This document shows, piece by piece, positions 32,260-42,700 of a DNA stretch of 64,000 nucleotides. This DNA is from an uncultured Planctomycetota bacterium (GTDB taxonomy: Bacteria > Planctomycetota > Planctomycetia > Isosphaerales > Isosphaeraceae): the NCBI GenBank assembly GCA_963823665.1, contig CAWGMQ010000006.1, positions 1,248,001 to 1,312,000 on the forward strand, in the 5' to 3' direction. The notes beneath the pieces were generated by a model that saw nothing but the letters and a program-made list of their open reading frames with translations, searched no databases and was not told where the DNA came from. Both the position numbers and the translations under genes were made by a program. Within the stretch, counting starts at the first letter, position 1. Every line of letters starts with the position of its first letter.

Positions 32260-35109
32260 ATGAAATGCGCCATGTTGATCGTTCTGGCGACGGTGGTCGC
32301 CATTGCGGGACTCATGCCCGGCGGCGGCGTGACTGCGCAAACCAGTTCCGGCGGCCAGGATCGCGCGCGCTCGACCGCTGCGGGGCGGGAGGCGACTGAG
32401 AAAGGTGGGGCCAAGAACGCAGCGCGGGATGGGCAATCTGGCGCCGTTGCGAAGCCGGCTAGCGAGCAGGGTCCGCTCATCATTCAGGCCGACGTGGTTG
32501 ATGCAGACGGTCGCGCTGCGGCCGGGGCTGAGATCATTGCCCAGGTGACCTATTCGCGCGGACCCGGCGACATCGAGATGATCTCGGAGCGGGCGAAGAG
32601 CGACGGCAACGGCCATGCGCGGTTCGAGCTGGCGCGGCAGCGCACGGGATCGAGCTCCTATTATGCACGCGTCTGGGCCTACCAGGAAAAATGGGCCGTT
32701 GCGATGTCCAACAACATCGTGCTCGGCGGAAGAACGCCGCCGCCCGTCGTTCGATTGACACTTGATCGACCGTCGGACAGGACCATCACGATCGTCGGCG
32801 TGGATCAAATGCCGGTCGTGGGACTGCGGGTGGCGCCGGTTGTGCTGCGGAAGGCAGACGGGCGGCTTGCCTGGTTCACGATTCCCGAGAAATGGGTCGA
32901 GCGATTGACGGTGACGACGGACGCCAAAGGCGTGGCGACGCTCACGGGGTTGGCCGCGAGCATTGTGCCCCTGTCGATACGCGTCGCTGGCTCGCAGTTG
33001 GCACCGCACACGCTGGCGCTCGATGAACCTCAGGGGAAGGGGTATGTTCTCAAAGTCGGTCGGCCCGGGCGCCTGGTTGGTGTGGTTCGCACGGAGGCGG
33101 GTGAGCCGCTGGGTGATATTCCGGTCGAGGTGTGGGTGCGGGGTGCGGGCGCGGTGGCGGGTGACCCAGTTCGCCGTCGGATCACACCCGACGAGGTCGT
33201 GCGGCTCGATCATGGCCCGATCAAGAGCGGACCTCAGGGTACGTTTCAGACGCCGCCGGCCTTGCTGGGAGGCTCGACTTATCGTGTATCGATCGGGCGC
33301 GACGGGTACGTGCCTTTTGTTTCGGATTGGATCAGGCTGGATGACGAGCGAACGAGCTTGCAGCCGATCAGGCTGCGGGCGCTCAGGAATTTGACGGGCC
33401 GGATCGAGGACGGGCAAGGCCGGGCGATCGCGGGGGCGCGTGTTTTCCTGCCGGTGTACGGGGCGGCGACGACGACGGATGCGGACGGGCGGTTCGTGCT
33501 CGCCGGCATCACACCCGTCAAGACGGTTCTCGTGGCGGAGCATGCGGGGTTCCGGGTCCACGGCTGGGTGATCGATCCAGCGGCGAAGGCGGAAGCCAGG
33601 GTGTTCAGATTGGCGCAAACGAGCGAGGCCGCGCCGGTCATGAAGGCGCTGGCTGATCCTATCTCGCCTGAGGAATCACGGGCTCTGGCGGATCGCCTGC
33701 TCGCGCCGTACTTGAAGCACGATCCGCAAAAGGATGACGAACGAACCCGACTCGCGGCGATTGCCAGTCTGGGGGAGTTTGATCCGGACCACGCGATCGA
33801 GCTGCTGCGAGCGGGCGAGTTTCACGAAGCGGACGGGGGGTATGGGAGAACCCAAGGAGCGGTGGCCGTCAGTCTGGCGAAGCGCGATCCGGCACGCGCC
33901 GCGGAGCTGGCGCTAGTGCAGCCGCTGACGGTCAGGACCGGCATACTGGAGACAGTCGCCGCGGCGCTTCCCGCTTCAGAACGCGACCGGCGGTGGACGC
34001 TCCTGGAACAAGCGACGGACTTGTTCAAGAATGCGGGAAAACCGGCGAATCGGCAGGTGCAGCTCACGCTGGCCTCAAAGCTCGCCGAGCAATGGATGGA
34101 CCTGGGGGAGCGCGATCGCGCCCGGGCCGTGCTCGCTCTGGGGAAGGCGATTGTCGACGCTCCATCGGCGCCGCCCCAGGACATTTTTCTGGCGGCACTC
34201 GCGCGGGTCGAGCCCGAACAAGCCCTTGAGCGGCTGCAGAAGCTGCCGCGTCCTTCAGCTAACGTGGGAGTCACGATCTTCTACGATTACGCGGCGACAA
34301 TCGCGGCCGAGATCGCGACCGAACAACCCGCGGAGGCGGTGCGAGTGTTCAATCTGTGGGAGCGAGCGGGAGTTCAGTGGGCCACCAACGGTCGTGTGAT
34401 GCAGATGAGTCGTCGGCTCGCGCAGGTCGATCCGGAGCGTGCCCGCGGGTTTGCGGCATCACAGCGGGGCCCGGCCGAGCGGGCCTTGGCTTGGGCGTGC
34501 GTGGCGCTCGGGCTGGAGCGCAAGAAGGACAAATCGGGCGCAAGCGAGGCGATCGATCACGCGATTGGCGAAATCGATCGACTGCGGGAATCGGGGCCTG
34601 GCTCTGATCCGGTTGTCGTCTTGGCTACGGTGCGCTTGATTTATCCGACGAATCCAGCCGTGCTGATCCTGCCGGTCGTTGAGATGGTTGCGCCGGATCG
34701 ACTGGCAGATGTCTACTGGAGGGCCGTGGCGCTTCATCCGGCGCTCGAGAAGGAGAAGAGGGGGCAGCTTGAGTATTCCTATATTGGGTCCGAGTGCATC
34801 TTGCTGGCTCGCTACGACCGCGAGGTGGCCGCTGCTCTATTCGGGCCGATCGACGATTACCTCCGCTCGCTGGCGACCGGTGATGGGCCCGGCAACGAAT
34901 TCAATCTGGGAGCCCTTCTGGCCAAAGGGTGCATCGACCCCGGCGCCGCGGTGACGCTTATCGAAGCCCTGGCAACGGGCGAGTATGACCGAGCGAATCC
35001 GGCGCACGCGGCAAAGCTTCGACTCGCCGAGATGCTCGGCTTGCCCTCCGAAGAGCGATGGCGGCGATTGTGGCGGTCGATGAATGGGCAGGTTCCTCTC
35101 GACGACTGA
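32260..35109 (+). CDS. Secreted protein with carboxypeptidase-regulatory-like beta domains and a helical C-terminus
   Basis: Signal peptide; VVDADG, TTDAKG, TTDADGRF repeats. Confidence 0.75.
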   Translation: MKCAMLIVLATVVAIAGLMPGGGVTAQTSSGGQDRARSTAAGREATEKGGAKNAARDGQSGAVAKPASEQGPLIIQADVVDADGRAAAGAEIIAQVTYSRGPGDIEMISERAKSDGNGHARFELARQRTGSSSYYARVWAYQEKWAVAMSNNIVLGGRTPPPVVRLTLDRPSDRTITIVGVDQMPVVGLRVAPVVLRKADGRLAWFTIPEKWVERLTVTTDAKGVATLTGLAASIVPLSIRVAGSQLAPHTLALDEPQGKGYVLKVGRPGRLVGVVRTEAGEPLGDIPVEVWVRGAGAVAGDPVRRRITPDEVVRLDHGPIKSGPQGTFQTPPALLGGSTYRVSIGRDGYVPFVSDWIRLDDERTSLQPIRLRALRNLTGRIEDGQGRAIAGARVFLPVYGAATTTDADGRFVLAGITPVKTVLVAEHAGFRVHGWVIDPAAKAEARVFRLAQTSEAAPVMKALADPISPEESRALADRLLAPYLKHDPQKDDERTRLAAIASLGEFDPDHAIELLRAGEFHEADGGYGRTQGAVAVSLAKRDPARAAELALVQPLTVRTGILETVAAALPASERDRRWTLLEQATDLFKNAGKPANRQVQLTLASKLAEQWMDLGERDRARAVLALGKAIVDAPSAPPQDIFLAALARVEPEQALERLQKLPRPSANVGVTIFYDYAATIAAEIATEQPAEAVRVFNLWERAGVQWATNGRVMQMSRRLAQVDPERARGFAASQRGPAERALAWACVALGLERKKDKSGASEAIDHAIGEIDRLRESGPGSDPVVVLATVRLIYPTNPAVLILPVVEMVAPDRLADVYWRAVALHPALEKEKRGQLEYSYIGSECILLARYDREVAAALFGPIDDYLRSLATGDGPGNEFNLGALLAKGCIDPGAAVTLIEALATGEYDRANPAHAAKLRLAEMLGLPSEERWRRLWRSMNGQVPLDD

Positions 35110-35128
35110 TCATGATCAGGTGATTGGA

Positions 35129-36610
35129 TCAATGTGCCCTTTCTTTGGCCTGGCGCTGGAGGGTGAAATCCAGGTTCTCGATGTTGGTTTGGCCGGGCTG
35201 GATGTCGAGGAGTTTGATCACCTGAGGTTTGGGATACGCGAAGCCTTCGGGCAGGCTGTTGAAGTAGAGCTTTGCGCGGCCTGAGGGGAGGCGGAGCTGG
35301 TATTTGCCGTCTGCCTTGGTGAAATCGTCATCGAGGCCTGGGCTCGGCCCGGTTTCGCTGTCGACGACTGCCGAAATGGCGGCGCCTTCCACGGGCTTGC
35401 CGTCGGGATCGAGCACACGGCCGGATACGAGTGTGCCGGTCTCCATCCGCAACGTCAGGTGCGGGTCGTGCTCGGGCTTGACTAGCTGATTCTCGAGCGG
35501 TCGAAACGTGCCGAGGTTTTTCGAATCACTCACAGAGAGAACGAACTCGATCTGCGGGACGCCGTGAAGCGCGAACGTTCCATTTTCGTCAGTTAACGCG
35601 CGGAACTGGCTCAGGTAGTAGATCTGACGTTCAGGCGGAGGTGAGAGTCGCGCGACGACTTCAACGCCGGCGGCGGGTTTACCGTCGGGCGAGAGAACTC
35701 GGCCGGAAACGAGGCTCTCCGTGGAGATAGTCAGTTGGATCGGCTGATCGAAGGTTTTGCCCTCGTTTCGCCACTGGGCTTCGGCGAGCCCGTCGCCGTT
35801 GGTTACCAACGTGAGCCTTCCGCTTGTAGGGACATCGCTGAAGTGAATTCGACCTTGTGCGTCGGGTCGGCAGTCGAAGCGTTCGGGCAACGCGGTGTCG
35901 AGACCGGGAAAGTTGTCTTCGCGCGGGAACGACTCGTAATCGAAGAAGTCGGGTCCGGTGATCACGTGGAGGACGCGCGTGCGAACAATCACCTTCGTGG
36001 GGTCATAGCCTGCGGGCACCGTCACCTTTCCTTCTATCGAGCGCGACGGCTCGAGCCTCACGCGGCCTCCCGAGTTGAATGGAGCGCGGTTCGTCCACTT
36101 GGCGGCGCGGGCGGTGCCGATCAAGCGGCCCGGCACGCGTGCGTAGATCCAGCGATCGAAGTTGCCGGATTCGTTGCTGAAGATCGCGTCGGAGCAGAGA
36201 GCCCTGCCGTGTTCGTCTGTTGTGAATGGGCCCGATCGAACGTACCGGCCTTTAACGCTGCCGGTCTGCTGAAAGAGAAAAACTTCCGCGTTCGGCACCG
36301 GCTTGCCCTGGGCATCCACGCAGAGGACGTTGACCTTTGGGGTCGTTGGTTGAGAGGTTTGCGGTGACGCTGGGTTGGCGCTTGCGGGCTGAGATTTCGG
36401 AGAGCTTGCCGGCAGCGCGGCTGGCGCGGCCGGAATGCCTGTCGGGGTTGATGTAGCAACCCCGGCCACGAGGGCCAGCATGATCAGACTAAATGTCGGG
36501 ATCGAGCGGCGAGTCGCGTTCAGGGAGTCGACGGAAGGCTTGAATGCGGCATCGACAGGAACCACCGTGATCGCTCTCCTGAGCGACGTGAGCGCCATGA
36601 AGTGCGGCAT
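35129..36610 (-). CDS. Carboxypeptidase-regulatory-like domain protein
   Basis: VDAQGKPV, SGRVLSPDGKPAAG, SGRVLDPDGKPVEGA repeats after a TM segment and Pro/Ser linker. Confidence 0.7.
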   Translation of the reverse strand: MPHFMALTSLRRAITVVPVDAAFKPSVDSLNATRRSIPTFSLIMLALVAGVATSTPTGIPAAPAALPASSPKSQPASANPASPQTSQPTTPKVNVLCVDAQGKPVPNAEVFLFQQTGSVKGRYVRSGPFTTDEHGRALCSDAIFSNESGNFDRWIYARVPGRLIGTARAAKWTNRAPFNSGGRVRLEPSRSIEGKVTVPAGYDPTKVIVRTRVLHVITGPDFFDYESFPREDNFPGLDTALPERFDCRPDAQGRIHFSDVPTSGRLTLVTNGDGLAEAQWRNEGKTFDQPIQLTISTESLVSGRVLSPDGKPAAGVEVVARLSPPPERQIYYLSQFRALTDENGTFALHGVPQIEFVLSVSDSKNLGTFRPLENQLVKPEHDPHLTLRMETGTLVSGRVLDPDGKPVEGAAISAVVDSETGPSPGLDDDFTKADGKYQLRLPSGRAKLYFNSLPEGFAYPKPQVIKLLDIQPGQTNIENLDFTLQRQAKERAH

Positions 36611-36826
36611 GCGACCGGCCTTTCTTGCCAGGGCTGGCGATCATCTCCTGCATCCGGTTGAGCTGGTCCTCCGTCATTTGAGTCTGCGATTGGGGTGGCG
36701 TCAATACACCCATACGATGCGGCGATCCCGGACCGAATAGGCAGGAGCTGCGACCGGGACGGCCAGTTCGAGTTGTGTTTTCGCGCGGGAGCGCGTGAGG
36801 GGTGAATGGGGTGCCTTCACGAATCG

Positions 36827-36911
36827 CGCCGCGGAGCGGCGGGGAGAGCGTTCCCACGCGGGAGCGTGGGAACGAGTGAGGACGCACTTTCGCGGAGCGA
36901 AAGGCGACAAT
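36827..36911. repeat. Mixed REP cluster including an empty IS target hairpin CTTTCGC-GGA-GCGAAAG-GCGACAAT (36887-36911)
   Basis: CGCCGC-GGA-GCGGCG; CGTTCCCACGC-GGGA-GCGTGGGAACG; CTTTCGCGGAGCGAAAGGCGACAAT. Confidence 0.85.
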
Positions 36912-37073
36912 TTGCGGGGTTGGCGGGCGCGGGCGTGGTAATGACGCGGCGAGCCACCGGTCAGCGCGACCGGGGTGACGGATCGGGCTTACGCCCAAGG
37001 TTGGAGGACGTTCGTCCCGTCCGAACCACGCTCTGACGAGCGTGGTCCGGGAATTCGGTCGGTGGCCGGTTGG

Positions 37074-37733
37074 TTACGCAATCGCCTTGCGGCGAAGGAA
37101 TCGGGAGTAGACGAGAGTTCCGGCAAAGCCGACGATGCCGAGCATGATCGAAGCCGGCTCGGGCACGGACTGGATTGTGGTCGCGCATGCCAGACCTCGG
37201 CATACCGGGTCGAAGTAAGTTGTGCCGCCGGAGTTCGGGTCAGAACCCGTTGGAAAATAAGTATACTCAACCGTCGAAGCATAATTCGGGGGACCGTACG
37301 GTTTCACGATTCCCGTCGAGTGGCCGAAATGCCAGTGATTGAACTCGAGGGAGAGGGGTGCAATATCGACCGATGTGCCACCACCCAGGTCGACGATTCC
37401 CCCGACCGACAAGTAAGTGTAGCCGTGGGCTCCGGCCCGCATCGTTTCGTAACCGCCACTTCCGAGGGTGAAGAGAAGGTTGTGGCTCGAATCATAAAAG
37501 TTGACGTCGGCGGTTGATGAAATCACCGTGCTGTTGGCAGCCGGTAGCGCGTCGAACGTCACCGTGCCGGAGAAATAGCCATCGTTAAGCGGAGCGGGTT
37601 GATTTCCGTAGCTGAACTCTCCGAATGTACCCGAGATACTCACGACCACTTCCGAAGCGTTTACCACCGGGCTGGCTAGCGAGAAGAACCCAATTGCGGC
37701 TGTCATCGCTACAGACGCTGCGTATCGTCGCAT
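37074..37733 (-). CDS. PEP-CTERM sorting-domain protein
   Basis: Signal peptide; C-terminal VPEPAS + TM + RFLRRK. Confidence 0.9.
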   Translation of the reverse strand: MRRYAASVAMTAAIGFFSLASPVVNASEVVVSISGTFGEFSYGNQPAPLNDGYFSGTVTFDALPAANSTVISSTADVNFYDSSHNLLFTLGSGGYETMRAGAHGYTYLSVGGIVDLGGGTSVDIAPLSLEFNHWHFGHSTGIVKPYGPPNYASTVEYTYFPTGSDPNSGGTTYFDPVCRGLACATTIQSVPEPASIMLGIVGFAGTLVYSRFLRRKAIA

Positions 37734-38012
37734 GCTAGAAACTCCTGACCTACGATCGATAATCCCTCATCTCGTTTGCAATTGTTGCGAGCCGGGTGAC
37801 ATCCACCCGGTCGTGCCTGCAGGAATCGATGCTAAGAGAGCTACAACCAAACTTCGATGAGTGACGCAAAATATCATTGATCGAACATTTTTGAGTTGCG
37901 AAAAGCGAACAACTCGACGGAGCGGGAGGCGGCGGCGACGCTTTCGAACATTGTCGGTGGCGAAAAATCAACAAGGTGGACTCAGAGCCGGGAAATCCAA
38001 GGAGCAGGCAAA

Positions 38013-39389
38013 GTGAAGAGCGAGCGGTCCGTCGTGTTGGGTAGTCTCTGGGCTTTTGTGGTCGGCGGCATCAGCGGCGGCGGGATCTGGTGGATTACCA
38101 ACCAGATTGTCGTCAACGGCCGGAGCATCCTCGATCGGGCGGCGTGGCCGCTCAACACGCCTGTCCCATTCGTCGTGGTCGGTTCGGTTCTCACGGGGAT
38201 CTCCGTGCTACGAGCGAACCGAAGGGCGCAGGCGCTGCGGGAAGAGCTGCGCGGGGTTGCCGGTGAGCTGGGGCTCACCTATGAGGAGGGGGACGTCGTC
38301 GTCCCGCCGGAGGCTCGCCCCAACACACCGCTCTTTGCGGGATGGAGCCGATGCCAGAACCGCTTGAGCGGAACGAATGACGGCGCGGCTGCACAGATGT
38401 TCGACCTCACCACGGTCTCCGGGGCTGGGGACGGGACGGTAGACCGCTCATGGACGGTGGTTGTCTTTGAACAGACGCACCTGCCTGCGTTCAGTTGTCT
38501 CCCGGACGTCTGGTGGACGAAAGTCGATCGGATTCACATGTCGCCGGTCAACTTCGACCCGGAGGCCGGCGACCCGATGACCGGGCACGCCGTGGCCGAG
38601 TTTCAGTCGTCCTACCAGGTGTGCCTGCCCGGAAGGGCGACAGCTACCCAGGAGGAGGAAACCCGGCGGCTCTTCCGCGTGCCTTTGATGGCGGCCCTGG
38701 CACGACACTCGGGGTGGTTCATCCAGGCGGCCGATGGGTGTTTGGTTTTTGCCCACCGGGGGATCGCGGCTGCGGCGGAACGGGCGTCACTCTGGCGCGA
38801 GGCGGCCGAGCTGCGCCGGGCTTTTCTGGCGCGCGTGTCTTCCGCGGTCGTGTCGATCCCCCCTGCCCCGGGGATGGAGCGAGGCCGCGAGGAAAATCGC
38901 CGGGTCGGCCGGGCCGGCGGGGGTATGGCCGGCGCGGTCCTCGGGTTTTTCGGAAGCTTCATCGGGTTTGCCACGTTGATGCTGAACCGGAGGGGCGCAC
39001 CGAGCCCGTACGCGATGTTCGCATTCTTTCCCGTCATGATCGGCGGACTGGTGGTGGGCGCCGTGGTAGGCACGTGGGTGGGACGGTGGCTGGCCGACCG
39101 ATCGTATCGCCCCGCGCCCGATGGCCTACCCGCGCCGAAGATCGCCTGGGGTTGGGTCATTGCCGGTGCGTTCGGCGGCTGGGCAGTTGGAGTCGCCGTT
39201 GGGCTCACGCTGGTGACGATCATCGGCAAGCTGGTCCCGAACGGGTGGTTCCTGCCGATTGTTTTCTTTTCTCCACCGCTTCTTATTGTCGTTCTTGGTG
39301 GCGTTGCTGGCCATCGCTTCGGGCGCCGGTGGCAAGTCCGGCGGGCGCTGGAGGGGGGACGGGCGCGAGGTGTGCGGCGTGGCTCATGA
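38013..39389 (+). CDS. Multi-TM hypothetical membrane protein
   Basis: AAGGAG RBS and GTG start; Gly-rich TM helices at both ends. Confidence 0.65.
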   Translation: MKSERSVVLGSLWAFVVGGISGGGIWWITNQIVVNGRSILDRAAWPLNTPVPFVVVGSVLTGISVLRANRRAQALREELRGVAGELGLTYEEGDVVVPPEARPNTPLFAGWSRCQNRLSGTNDGAAAQMFDLTTVSGAGDGTVDRSWTVVVFEQTHLPAFSCLPDVWWTKVDRIHMSPVNFDPEAGDPMTGHAVAEFQSSYQVCLPGRATATQEEETRRLFRVPLMAALARHSGWFIQAADGCLVFAHRGIAAAAERASLWREAAELRRAFLARVSSAVVSIPPAPGMERGREENRRVGRAGGGMAGAVLGFFGSFIGFATLMLNRRGAPSPYAMFAFFPVMIGGLVVGAVVGTWVGRWLADRSYRPAPDGLPAPKIAWGWVIAGAFGGWAVGVAVGLTLVTIIGKLVPNGWFLPIVFFSPPLLIVVLGGVAGHRFGRRWQVRRALEGGRARGVRRGS

Positions 39390-39413
39390 CAGCCGAGGGC
39401 GGCTGTCCTACAT
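39388..39413. repeat. REP-like palindrome GACAGCC-GAGGGC-GGCTGTC-CTACAT
   Basis: Hairpin with CTAC tail, overlapping the upstream TGA stop. Confidence 0.7.
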
Positions 39414-39525
39414 CGTAGCGCCGGTTCCGGCTCGATTGACACGATTTGCGGTTTGCACTAACATTCCGCGGCCCGACCGCGGCCGATGCCGATGAGCTGC
39501 GCGGTGATGAGGTTGGACGCTGGTC

Positions 39526-40020
39526 GTGGATTTCGAGGCCCAGGGAGTGCCCGCCGTGCGAAAGGCCGTTCCGGGACGAGCGATCTTGATCATCGTGGCC
39601 GCGACGGCCGGTTGTCAGATGACGGGCACGCGTCCGATCAACGTGCCTGGCGAGGATCTGACCGTCGATCGACTTTATCCGGCCAAATTCAATGCCGTGA
39701 AAATCGCCGTCGAAGACATCATGCACAACCACGAAACGATGCAAGAGATCGCGGGCTTCGACTATTCCCAGGGAGTGACGACATCTTCCTGGAGCTGGAA
39801 AGGCCCGTTCCACAAGGTGGCGCACCGGGATATGGAGAACCTCGGCCGCACGCTGAAGGTCAAGGTCGAGCAACAGGACGACGGCTGTCTCGTGACGGTG
39901 CGGCTGTCGACCGGGGATGCGAAGAATGACCTGGTGCAGTCGGGAAAATTTCTCGATCGGATGGGTGAATCGGTTGTCATGACGCCGGCGGCGCAGCCGG
40001 GGGCTGGACCGCGACAGTGA
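39526..40020 (+). CDS. Putative lipoprotein (DUF3568-like)
   Basis: Hydrophobic stretch with TAGC lipobox. Confidence 0.6.
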   Translation: MDFEAQGVPAVRKAVPGRAILIIVAATAGCQMTGTRPINVPGEDLTVDRLYPAKFNAVKIAVEDIMHNHETMQEIAGFDYSQGVTTSSWSWKGPFHKVAHRDMENLGRTLKVKVEQQDDGCLVTVRLSTGDAKNDLVQSGKFLDRMGESVVMTPAAQPGAGPRQ

Positions 40021-40047
40021 TCTTGAGCGAAGGACGACACTGTATTG

Positions 40048-41874
40048 TTACAGACCGGGTGGCTTGAACATGGCTTGCCAGTCGAAGCGGATTTCGGTTT
40101 CCTTGCCGATGGCGGGTAGCCTGAAGGGCTCGAAGCTCTGGCCGCGGAAGCAGAGCCAGACGAACGATGGGGATTCGAGCGGCTCGTCGAAACGGAAGGT
40201 CACGACGTTCGGGCGGCCATCGGTGGTGAGCGTGGCGACTCGTGCGGTCATTCCGGTGAGCTTCACTTCCTCTCCCAGGGCCATCGGCCTACGGTCGCTG
40301 CGGAATACCTTGTCCAAGACGAAACTGAGGTAGCCCCAACCGGGGGTGATTTCGAGGGTGTGCTTGTCGAGGCGGCGGATGATGACCGAAGGAACTGCCG
40401 GCGCGAGGGCGCGTATGTGGCGCGGGATCGGTTTGCCGGCGGCCAACTGTCGGAAGCCGAGGTAGGCCGCATGAGCCACGCTGGGCGCATTGACGACAAC
40501 CAGCGTTTTTTCTCCGATCGCCGGGCCGAGAGGCGCATTGACATAAAGACGATGCTCGACCCAGAACGGGCCGAGCGGGCTGGTCGCCCGGCAAGGCGAA
40601 AAGAGCGGCGCCCAGATCGCATGCACGACCACGAAAAACCAGGCAAGCGCAACGGCGGGGATCCGCGACCAGAGCCTCTGAGGGGGAGTTCCCGATCGTG
40701 TGAATACAAGCTCCCAGAACTGGGCCAGCAGGCCGAACGCGCCCAGGGCGACGAACGTCAGGAGCCTGTCCATCGGCAAGGTGGCACAAACGGGAACGGC
40801 CGCGAATACCATTCCCGCGAGCCAGAATCTGGCGAGGCGATCACGCTTGAGCAACGGGGCGACGGCAACGAGTAGAAGGGCGACCAGGCCGACCGCCGAC
40901 CACCAAAAGAAGGTCGATAACGGCGGTTGCAGCACGGCACCGGTTTCGGCCGGAAGCGGGCCCCACTGGCCGAAGAGCATCAGGGGCAGGCGCTTGGCCA
41001 GGGCGGCCAGGTACGGAATGGGGTCGGTGAGGGGATCGACGTAGACGCCCACGTTTTGAACGCCGAAGCCCCACGAGTCGCGTAGCGTGCGCCAGATCAC
41101 GACGATCATGCCATAGGGTGCTAGTGCCAAACAGCCGCGCCAGCAGCCCTTGGGGTCGATGCAGAGAGCATACGCAGCGAGATAGGCACACGTGCCGATT
41201 CCTTCCTCCTTGGAGAAAAGGGCCAGGGCAAAGAGGAGCACGGCCAGGAGCGCCCCAGGAATGGAGCCATTGCGCCGCCACCGATCGTGGCAGACGAGTG
41301 CGGAGAAGCCGAAGGTCGCCGCGATCAGAACGTTGCGATTGGCGATGAATCCGACGGTCGTGCCTCGCGCATCATCGACGGCAAAGAGCAATGCGGCGAC
41401 GGCTGCGACCCACGTCGGGCCGAGCATCCGCCGGTAGAATACCGCGGCGGCGGCCACCGCGGTGGCGAGCCAGAACAGGCTGTGGGCATGCATGAGCGCC
41501 GGCGAGCCGGGCCAGAGTGCGTAATCGAGCCGGTGGGTGAGGGTGGGCACAGCCTGGAGAAACTCGGCTTTCAACGTCGGGTCGGTCCACCAGGGGAACG
41601 CGCCGATGTCCATGATGCGGCCGGTGCGCACGGGGTCGCCGCGAAAGAAGCGGAACATCTCGGATGGAGGTCCGAGCAGGTCGCGGTACGCGGAATACGG
41701 CTGCAAGACTTCGCGGTGATAAAAATCGTCGAGGATCAAGCCCGTACCCAGAGAGGGCAGACCGAGGAAGACCGCCAGCGCCGCGACGGCGAGTGGGAAA
41801 TAACGCGATCTCGGCAACGACGTGAGGATGGCCATCAGCCGCTCCGCAAGGCGTCCGCGTACTGCGCTTGGCAT
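40048..41874 (-). CDS. Polytopic membrane protein, GT-C (ArnT/PMT-like) glycosyltransferase candidate
   Basis: ILDDF after TM1, FIANRN, ALFSKEE; more than 10 TM segments. Confidence 0.7.
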   Translation of the reverse strand: MPSAVRGRLAERLMAILTSLPRSRYFPLAVAALAVFLGLPSLGTGLILDDFYHREVLQPYSAYRDLLGPPSEMFRFFRGDPVRTGRIMDIGAFPWWTDPTLKAEFLQAVPTLTHRLDYALWPGSPALMHAHSLFWLATAVAAAAVFYRRMLGPTWVAAVAALLFAVDDARGTTVGFIANRNVLIAATFGFSALVCHDRWRRNGSIPGALLAVLLFALALFSKEEGIGTCAYLAAYALCIDPKGCWRGCLALAPYGMIVVIWRTLRDSWGFGVQNVGVYVDPLTDPIPYLAALAKRLPLMLFGQWGPLPAETGAVLQPPLSTFFWWSAVGLVALLLVAVAPLLKRDRLARFWLAGMVFAAVPVCATLPMDRLLTFVALGAFGLLAQFWELVFTRSGTPPQRLWSRIPAVALAWFFVVVHAIWAPLFSPCRATSPLGPFWVEHRLYVNAPLGPAIGEKTLVVVNAPSVAHAAYLGFRQLAAGKPIPRHIRALAPAVPSVIIRRLDKHTLEITPGWGYLSFVLDKVFRSDRRPMALGEEVKLTGMTARVATLTTDGRPNVVTFRFDEPLESPSFVWLCFRGQSFEPFRLPAIGKETEIRFDWQAMFKPPGL

Positions 41875-41977
41875 TGCGCGATCTCTCTGAACTGGTCTCG
41901 AATCGTGAGTTGTGTGACATTTGTCAGGGTAGCACGTGATCTCGTGCGGTGCCAGGCGGGAGCGTTTTGGGGTCAAT

Positions 41978-42466
41978 TCAACCGAGCAGATTGGCTCCTT
42001 CCTCGCTGACTCGTGTTTCGGGCTGATCCAGGACTCGGTCGACCGGCGTGGTTGTTCCGTTGCCGCCGGCGTGCGGGCGTGCGGCGGCGGCCTGGGCATC
42101 ACGCTTCAGATTGGCGGCCTCGTTTCGGGTGGCATCGGATTGGCTTGCAAGCTGGGACGGAACGAACTTGGCGGCGGCGCCGATCACTCCGGCTTGCTGA
42201 AGAGCCACTCTGGTCTTGAGCTTGGCTTCACTCAAGAGCGCGAACCAGTCGGCGTTCTGCGAGGGAGCCCAGAGATAGGCTCGAATTCTGACACTGTCGG
42301 GCTCGAGCGCCTCGACGAGGGCTCTGGGGGGCGGTTCGGCGAGGATTCCCTTGAGCGATCTGAGGGTGCGATTGATGGCGTCGATGGCATCGACGACCGA
42401 CGCATCGTTGGGGATCACGACATCGAAGTTGTTGCGGAAGCTGGGTGAAGCCGTGGCGTTGATCAT
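41978..42466 (-). CDS. Stand-alone MscS C-terminal-like domain (possible remnant)
   Basis: R..F.V.I..D, GILAEPPPRALVEAL..DSV.IR.Y.W; no TM segment. Confidence 0.55.
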   Translation of the reverse strand: MINATASPSFRNNFDVVIPNDASVVDAIDAINRTLRSLKGILAEPPPRALVEALEPDSVRIRAYLWAPSQNADWFALLSEAKLKTRVALQQAGVIGAAAKFVPSQLASQSDATRNEAANLKRDAQAAAARPHAGGNGTTTPVDRVLDQPETRVSEEGANLLG

Positions 42467-42700
42467 GGGATTCCTTCCGCGCGTGCCGCTCCCTGGCAGT
42501 GGGACTTTCGAGCAAAACTCGCGCCGACCAGGCGACGACTGCGCGGGACCTCGGTGTTTCTGTATGCTGGGGGTGAGTTACGTTCGCAGTGCGTTCGGAT
42601 TCTCGCGGTTTGGGCGAGACGCGGAGCGTCGGGAGGCGGTGTGCCGACGCGGAGCATCGACACAAGGGGGATCTGATGAGGCGCCAGGAGGTCGTTATCC

